Shown: positions 58,724 through 64,000 of the stretch, in pieces
Position numbering within the stretch: position 1 is the first letter of the stretch
Layout: each line of letters starts with the position of its first letter
Source of the DNA: Alphaproteobacteria bacterium
GTDB lineage: Bacteria > Pseudomonadota > Alphaproteobacteria > Rs-D84
DNA: 64,000 nt
Reading direction: 5' to 3'
Assembly: GCA_009784275.1 (NCBI GenBank)
Contig: WRCA01000001.1
Span: forward strand, 129,783 to 193,782
Position numbers and translations under genes: made by a program
Notes under the pieces: model-generated
Seen by the model: the letters and a program-made list of their open reading frames with translations, nothing else
The model's database searches: none
Told to the model about the DNA's origin: nothing

Positions 58724-58833
58724 TTTTTCCACATTATGCGAAAATAGGGAAATTCTGCCCATAGGTATGAAATCGCTTTTCAGTCAGGTCACAAAAACTT
58801 GTAAAAGCTTAAAATTAATAGTACAATCTTTCT

Positions 58834-59352
58834 ATGTCAGTTATCGATGATATAATTCAATTCAATACCAAATTTGTGGAAAGTAAGGAATACATTCCGC
58901 ATTTATCTGAAAAGATCCCAAAGAAAAAACTAGCTATCCTTTCTTGCATGGATACCAGATTAACACAACTGCTGCCTGCTGCGCTGAATATAAAAAACGG
59001 CGAGGCAAAGATTATAAAAAATGCCGGCGCGATTATATCCCATCCATATGGCAGTGTCATGCGTAGCTTGCTGGTTGCTGTTTATAATTTGGGCGTGCGC
59101 GACATAATGGTAATCGGGCATACAGACTGCGGCATGGAAAAGTTAAATCTGCCAGAGCTTATTAATAAGATGGAACAAAGAGGCATATCCCCAAACATCG
59201 AAAACTATGAATGGCTGCGCGGATTCGATAACACTAATGAATCCATTATGGCCGGTGTGAACATCATAAAGAATCATCCCCTGATGCCAAAGGACATAAC
59301 AGTTCGCGGATTTTTAATGGATATAAATACTGGTAAAATCAACGAGATTTAA
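58834..59352 (+). CDS. beta-class carbonic anhydrase
   Basis: CMDTRL (CxDxR) and GHTDCG (HxxC) zinc-ligand motifs. Confidence 0.7.
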   Translation: MSVIDDIIQFNTKFVESKEYIPHLSEKIPKKKLAILSCMDTRLTQLLPAALNIKNGEAKIIKNAGAIISHPYGSVMRSLLVAVYNLGVRDIMVIGHTDCGMEKLNLPELINKMEQRGISPNIENYEWLRGFDNTNESIMAGVNIIKNHPLMPKDITVRGFLMDINTGKINEI

Positions 59353-59426
59353 GTCATTATTTTTTTTCTTGCACGAATCGGAATGTTGTGATTAGTATGG
59401 CGGCATAATCAAGATGGAGTCTTGTT

Positions 59427-59801
59427 ATGCTGGTTGGTCTGGGATTAGACTTGGTCGAATGCGGGCGGTTCTTGGATTGGTCGCCGTTTAAAAAATCTCG
59501 CATATTCACAAAGAAAGAACTGGAATTCGCGGAAAACGATTCTGCAAACAGCGAACGGCATCTTGCTAACTTTTGGGCCGCGCGCGAAGCTTTTCTTAAA
59601 GCACTGGGTTGCGGGTTTGGCGATAACATAAATTTTTCCGATGTTTCTGTAACTCATGACGAAGCGGGCAAACCAGATTTGATTATAGCCGGCGGCGCCA
59701 AGGCCGTGCTTAAAACCATCGCCGGCGCAGATGCCAGAATTCATGTTTCTATTACCGACCAAGGTGACTATTGCGCTGCGGTGGTAATCATTGAAAAATA
59801 G
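59427..59801 (+). CDS. acpS: holo-ACP synthase
   Basis: MLVGLGLDLVECGRF N-terminus and the FAAREAFLKALG motif. Confidence 0.8.
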   Translation: MLVGLGLDLVECGRFLDWSPFKKSRIFTKKELEFAENDSANSERHLANFWAAREAFLKALGCGFGDNINFSDVSVTHDEAGKPDLIIAGGAKAVLKTIAGADARIHVSITDQGDYCAAVVIIEK

Positions 59802-59828
59802 GCAGAGAAGGCGTCGCTGCCCCCTAGT

Positions 59829-59859
59829 TTTTACTCCCCGTTTCTACGGGGATTTTTTT
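59829..59859. repeat. hairpin element TTTTTACTCCCCGTTTCTACGGGGATTTTTTT (family shared with 63776-63811)
   Basis: Same TTTACTCCCCGT...CGGGGATTTTT flanks at both loci. Confidence 0.55.
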
Positions 59860-59912
59860 GTTGCCTTACCCTTCCCTTTTCCTTATATTCCATTGGCTTA
59901 AAAGGAGTAAAA

Positions 59913-62564
59913 ATGAAATGGGTATATACCTTTGGAAACGGTGCGGCAGAAGGTACCGCAAAGGATAAAAACTTACTGGGTGGCAAGGGCGCAAATTTGG
60001 CAGAGATGAACTTGATTGGTCTACCGGTGCCTGCGGGTTTTACTGTTACCACGGATGCTTGTGTTCACTATTATTCAAATAATAAATCTTATCCGGCCGG
60101 ATTAATTGACCAGGTAAAAGCCGGGGTTGCATATGTAGAATCCATTATGGGACATAAATTCGGCGATATGGAAAATCCATTATTGTTCTCTGTTCGTTCC
60201 GGCGCGCGCGTTTCTATGCCAGGCATGATGAACACCGTTTTAAATTTGGGCCTTAATGACGAAACTGTAAAAGCCCTCGCGAAATTCACCAACAACGAAC
60301 GCATGGCATATGATTCTTATCGCCGATTTCTGATGATGTTCAGCGATGTTGTTCTGGGTGCGGATATGGATTTATTTGAACACACTCTGGAACGCATGAA
60401 GGAAGACAAAGGCTATAAGTTCGATACAGAACTAACCGTTGCCGACCTGCAAGAACTGATCGTGAAGTTCAAAGAAATTGGCGTGAAGATTGGAAAGATT
60501 GTTCCACAGGATCCTTGGGTGCAATTAGAGGCTGGTATCGGCGCAGTATTTGATTCTTGGATGTCAAAGAAGGCCATCATTTATCGCAAGCTGAACAATA
60601 TTCCAGGTGACTGGGGCACTGCGGTTAATGTCCAGGCGATGGTGTTTGGAAACTCTGGTGATAATTCTGCGACTGGCGTATGTTTCAGCCGTGACCCTTC
60701 CACCGGAGAAAACAAATTCTATGGCGAATATCTTATTAACGCCCAGGGCGAAGACGTCGTTGCCGGAATTCGCACTCCGCAGCCAATGGCAAAGGATGAT
60801 TCTGGACGTATGTCGCTGGAAGAAGCGATGCCCGTGGTTTATGCCGAACTGGTTGCTGCGCGCGACAAATTGGAAAAGCACTATAAAGACATGCAAGATA
60901 TGGAATTTACCATAGAGCATGGAAAGCTGTGGATGCTGCAGACCCGTAATGGAAAACGCACCGCAACCGCAGCTGTTCGCATCGCGGTAGAAATGGTTGA
61001 AGAAAATCTGCTTAACAAAGAAGAAGCGATTTTGCGTGTTGGTGCAGACCAATTAAATCACTTGCTGCATCCGATGCTTGATCCAAAAGCGACCAAGAAA
61101 GTTATCGCGACCGGCTTGCCTGCAAGTCCAGGCGCAGCCGTTGGACGTGCGGTATTCAATGCCGACGACGCAGTTGAATGGGCGTCGCGCGGCGAAAAGG
61201 TTATGTTGATTCGCATAGAGACTTCACCAGAAGATATCGCAGGAATGGACGCCGCCCAGGGAATCATAACTGCGCGTGGTGGGATGACATCACACGCAGC
61301 AGTGGTGGCGCGCGGAATGGGAACACCTTGCGTTTCAGGTTCCGCCGACATAAAAATCGATTATGTTTCAAAAACGATGAAGACTACATCCGGCGCAGTG
61401 ATTAATGAAGGCGACTGGATTTCCATTGATGGCGGCAAAGGCGAAATCATTGAAGGTCAGGTTCCGACCGTATCTGTGGAATTAACCGGAAACTTTGGCA
61501 AGCTGATGGAATGGGTTGACAGTATCAAGACTTTGGAGATTCGCGCGAATGCCGAAACTCCGCGAGATGCAAAACAAGCACGTGAATTCGGATGTGAAGG
61601 AATTGGCCTGGCACGTACAGAGCATATGTTCTTTGACCCGGCACGCATCATGGACATGCGCGAAATGATTTTGGCCGATACTGTTGAAGGTCGCCGCAGC
61701 GCGCTTAACAAACTGTTGCCTTATCAACGCGCGGACTTTGTAGAGCTATTTAAAATTATGGATGGATTGCCAATTACTGTTCGTTTGATTGACCCGCCGC
61801 TGCATGAATTCTTGCCGCATACCACCGAAGACATCAAAGCGTTGGCGATTCATGCCGGGAAGACGGTTGAGTTCGTGAACGAGCGCGCGTCAGCACTGCA
61901 CGAACAAAACCCGATGTTGGGTCACCGCGGCTGCCGCTTGTGCATCACTTATCCGGAAATTGCAGAGATGCAGACCCGCGCAATTTTGGAAGCCGCATTG
62001 GAATGCAAAAAAGCCGGAATCAAAGTTTTGCCTGAAATTGAAATTCCCCTTATCGGTTCCAGAAAAGAACAAGACATTGTCAAAGCCGTAATCGATGCGA
62101 CCGCGAAACAAATTTTTGCTGAAAAAGGCGCAACTGTTGACTACAAGGTTGGTTCAATGATAGAGCTGCCGCGTGCGGCATTGCTGGCTGATGAAATTGC
62201 AGAAAGCGCAGAATTCTTTGGCTTTGGCACAAATGACCTGACGCAAACTACTTTGGGCATGTCGCGCGATGATACTGGAAAAATCTTGGATGAATATCGC
62301 GCGCGTGGTGTTTATGTTGCCGACCCGTTCGCCAGCATCGATGTACCAGGCGTTGGCGCAATGGTCGATATGGCTGTGCAAAAAGCCCGCAAGACCAAGG
62401 GACATGACATACACCTGGGCGTTTGTGGCGAACATGGCGGAGACCCGGAATCTATCCAATTCTTTCATAAGGTCGGAATGGATTTCGTATCCTGCAGCCC
62501 GTTCCGCGTGCCAATCGCACGCCTCGCCGCCGCCCAGGCTGCGGTTAAAAACCCACGCAAGTAA
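59913..62564 (+). CDS. ppdK: pyruvate, phosphate dikinase
   Basis: Phosphohistidine region GGMTSHAAVVARGMG. PEP-utilising C-terminal domain. 883 aa. Confidence 0.9.
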   Translation: MKWVYTFGNGAAEGTAKDKNLLGGKGANLAEMNLIGLPVPAGFTVTTDACVHYYSNNKSYPAGLIDQVKAGVAYVESIMGHKFGDMENPLLFSVRSGARVSMPGMMNTVLNLGLNDETVKALAKFTNNERMAYDSYRRFLMMFSDVVLGADMDLFEHTLERMKEDKGYKFDTELTVADLQELIVKFKEIGVKIGKIVPQDPWVQLEAGIGAVFDSWMSKKAIIYRKLNNIPGDWGTAVNVQAMVFGNSGDNSATGVCFSRDPSTGENKFYGEYLINAQGEDVVAGIRTPQPMAKDDSGRMSLEEAMPVVYAELVAARDKLEKHYKDMQDMEFTIEHGKLWMLQTRNGKRTATAAVRIAVEMVEENLLNKEEAILRVGADQLNHLLHPMLDPKATKKVIATGLPASPGAAVGRAVFNADDAVEWASRGEKVMLIRIETSPEDIAGMDAAQGIITARGGMTSHAAVVARGMGTPCVSGSADIKIDYVSKTMKTTSGAVINEGDWISIDGGKGEIIEGQVPTVSVELTGNFGKLMEWVDSIKTLEIRANAETPRDAKQAREFGCEGIGLARTEHMFFDPARIMDMREMILADTVEGRRSALNKLLPYQRADFVELFKIMDGLPITVRLIDPPLHEFLPHTTEDIKALAIHAGKTVEFVNERASALHEQNPMLGHRGCRLCITYPEIAEMQTRAILEAALECKKAGIKVLPEIEIPLIGSRKEQDIVKAVIDATAKQIFAEKGATVDYKVGSMIELPRAALLADEIAESAEFFGFGTNDLTQTTLGMSRDDTGKILDEYRARGVYVADPFASIDVPGVGAMVDMAVQKARKTKGHDIHLGVCGEHGGDPESIQFFHKVGMDFVSCSPFRVPIARLAAAQAAVKNPRK

Positions 62565-62588
62565 AATCGCCCATACGGGCGATTTTTT
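62561..62588. terminator. terminator AAAATCGCCCATACGGGCGATTTTTT
   Basis: Hairpin plus T-tract right after the ppdK stop. Confidence 0.65.
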
Positions 62589-62624
62589 ATTGTGATTGGA
62601 GGTTTTTGGGCTATAATTCCTTTT

Positions 62625-63041
62625 ATGTTGGCTGGAATAACATTTTGGACGGATGATATTATATGGCGGCATATTTTGACCGACCTGGGGGCAGAGTTTG
62701 TCGAACGACAGCTGGCCGATGTAATTTTCTCGTCAAATAAAAAACTTTCGCCTATAGAGCTGAAAGCAGAAATATTACAGCAGATTGATGCACGCGAAAA
62801 CAAGATCATAGAAAAACTCTGTGGGGGCGGGCAGCTTACAGGATCACAAAGGAAAATAATAATCGCGCTGCACCGCGGCGGCAATCTGGGTGTCAGTGCG
62901 GATCAACTGCAGCAACAGTTGGGGTATTCTTCCGGTGCGACAACAAATACTGCGAATACTGCTATTTATCAGCTGCGGAAAATTTTCGGTAAGGATTTTA
63001 TAACAAACAAAAATGGAAGATTTCAACTTGGCAAGCTATAA
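62625..63041 (+). CDS. membrane-anchored protein with C-terminal OmpR/PhoB-type winged-helix DNA-binding domain (no receiver domain)
   Basis: N-terminal TM (WAIIPFMLAGITFW). C-terminus RKIIIALHRGGNLGVSADQL...NTANTAIYQLRKIFG...GRFQLG fits the trans_reg_C pattern. The alternative GTG start at 62592 sits inside the terminator. Confidence 0.4.
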   Translation: MLAGITFWTDDIIWRHILTDLGAEFVERQLADVIFSSNKKLSPIELKAEILQQIDARENKIIEKLCGGGQLTGSQRKIIIALHRGGNLGVSADQLQQQLGYSSGATTNTANTAIYQLRKIFGKDFITNKNGRFQLGKL

Positions 63042-63696
63042 ACTGCTTTCTTTTGATAAAATCCCCAGTACTCAAACCCATGCCCAAGGTTTAGTAGCCA
63101 GCGGCAATGCCGTTGATCGCATGATAGTTTTGGCAGAAGCACAGAGTGCGGGACGCGGTCGCTATCGCCGTGCTTGGGTTTCGCACCATGGAAATCTTTA
63201 TGCCAGCTTTATTTACAAGGCTGGGCGACGCGACCCCAGGCTGTCTTATGCGGTGGCAGTGGCAGTTGCCGAGACCTTGATCGCGTTCGACATGGCGCCG
63301 CAAATAAAATGGCCGAACGATATTCTGATAGATGGTAAAAAAATCAGCGGAATTTTAATCGAATATGCCAAAGATTTCGTAATCGTCGGGATTGGGATAA
63401 ATATAAAGACTAATCCGACTATACGCTCCTACCAAACGACAAAGATCGCAGATTATGCCCCGAAAGTTACGCGCGATGCATTGCTGGCAATGCTGATGAA
63501 CAAGATGGACCTTTGGCTGCCGCACAATTTTTCCGCGGTAAGAAAACGCTGGACGGAACTGGCGGCAAATTTGAATGAAACGATTGTTTATCATGGGCGA
63601 GATGCGGTGCTTTGCGGGTTGGGCGATGATGGCGCGCTAGTTCTGCGCCGCGGGAAAGAATACATTATGGCATATGGCGATGAAATTAGTATTTGA
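63013..63696 (+). CDS. birA: biotin--[acetyl-CoA-carboxylase] ligase, group I (no N-terminal HTH)
   Basis: GRGRYRRAWVSHHGNLYAS (GRGRxxRxW motif) and KWPNDILIDGKKISGIL. Confidence 0.75.
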   Translation: MEDFNLASYKLLSFDKIPSTQTHAQGLVASGNAVDRMIVLAEAQSAGRGRYRRAWVSHHGNLYASFIYKAGRRDPRLSYAVAVAVAETLIAFDMAPQIKWPNDILIDGKKISGILIEYAKDFVIVGIGINIKTNPTIRSYQTTKIADYAPKVTRDALLAMLMNKMDLWLPHNFSAVRKRWTELAANLNETIVYHGRDAVLCGLGDDGALVLRRGKEYIMAYGDEISI

Positions 63697-63747
63697 CTTT
63701 TGCCTCGATTTTTGATATGCTATTTAACATTCAGAAATGGAAATCTA

Positions 63748-63772
63748 ATCGCGCGCTGCGCGTTTTTTTATT
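63748..63772 (+). terminator. hairpin GCGCGCTGCGCG + T7 after birA
   Basis: Read directly. Confidence 0.45.
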
Positions 63773-63775
63773 CGC

Positions 63776-63811
63776 TTTTTTTTACTCCCCGTCATTCCGA
63801 TGGGGATTTTT
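63776..63811. repeat. hairpin element TTTTTTTACTCCCCGTCATTCCGATGGGGATTTTTC (second member of the 59829 family)
   Basis: Shared flanks. Confidence 0.55.
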
Positions 63812-63834
63812 CTTGCAACCAAAAGGAAAATTGC

Positions 63835-64000
63835 ATGCAATTGATGCTGATTAAAAATAATGACGATGCAAAAATCGCTCTGTATAAGCTTGCACGGATA
63901 ATTTATGCGGAAACGCACGCGTCGTCATTACCTGCGGTTGAAGCATTGGCATCAATGATTGGCAACCTTTGCGCAAAATCTACTCGACAGTTGGCCGATA
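63835..64000 (+). CDS. cell wall hydrolase, SleB/CwlJ-like (Hydrolase_2 family), 5' part only (runs off the window)
   Basis: MQLMLIKNNDDAKIALYKLARIIYAETHASSLPAVEALASMIGN resembles the ...YAEARGE...VAV..V..NR motif. AAAAGGAAAA ribosome binding site. Confidence 0.4.
   Translation, partial: MQLMLIKNNDDAKIALYKLARIIYAETHASSLPAVEALASMIGNLCAKSTRQLAD

Overview
This 64 kb window is a compact chromosomal segment that looks alphaproteobacterial. The signals are a CcrM-type N6-adenine methyltransferase, the rpmF-plsX-fabH-ihfA cluster, an olsB-olsA ornithine-lipid pair, pyruvate phosphate dikinase, a short NG-only FtsY and a RadC protein. Several secreted proteins have an intracellular-symbiont flavour (ankyrin-like repeats, a Rickettsia 17-kDa-antigen-like glycine zipper), suggesting a Rickettsiales or Holosporales-like organism, though this is tentative. 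I call about 70 CDS (mostly housekeeping) and 6 tRNA genes (Ala-UGC, Leu-UAG, Leu-CAG, Cys-GCA, Leu-UAA, Pro-GGG). I found no rRNA, CRISPR array, IS element, transposase or integrase. Many intergenic gaps carry bidirectional rho-independent terminators of one shape (A-tract, GC stem with a 4-5 nt loop, T-tract).

The most interesting content is as follows.
- Two large secreted cysteine-rich proteins (717 aa and 822 aa) that are clear paralogs with Arg/Ser/Ala/Thr-rich N-terminal repeats and no recognisable domain.
- Both tRNA-Leu(UAG) and tRNA-Leu(UAA) are followed by homologous tail modules of about 115 nt that end in an imperfect copy of the tRNA's own 3' end. 5' tRNA fragments lie upstream of tRNA-Leu(UAG). 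These look like scars of a tRNA-Leu-targeting integrative element family.
- An accessory-looking cluster at 2.4-5.7 kb holds two membrane-anchored unknown proteins behind a triple half-site palindrome. A convergent secreted protein (ankyrin-like N-terminus, glycine-zipper C-terminus) has a G9 homopolymer overlapping its ribosome binding site.
- An ECF sigma / anti-sigma / CpxP-like module sits next to a small His/Cys-rich protein.
- A flotillin gene has a 340 nt structured leader carrying two terminator-like hairpins.
- rpsI carries a 60-residue Ala/Pro/Lys-rich N-terminal extension.
- A membrane-anchored OmpR-like winged-helix protein overlaps an HTH-less birA.

All calls rest on reading the sequence and the ORF translations by eye. 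No database searches were possible.
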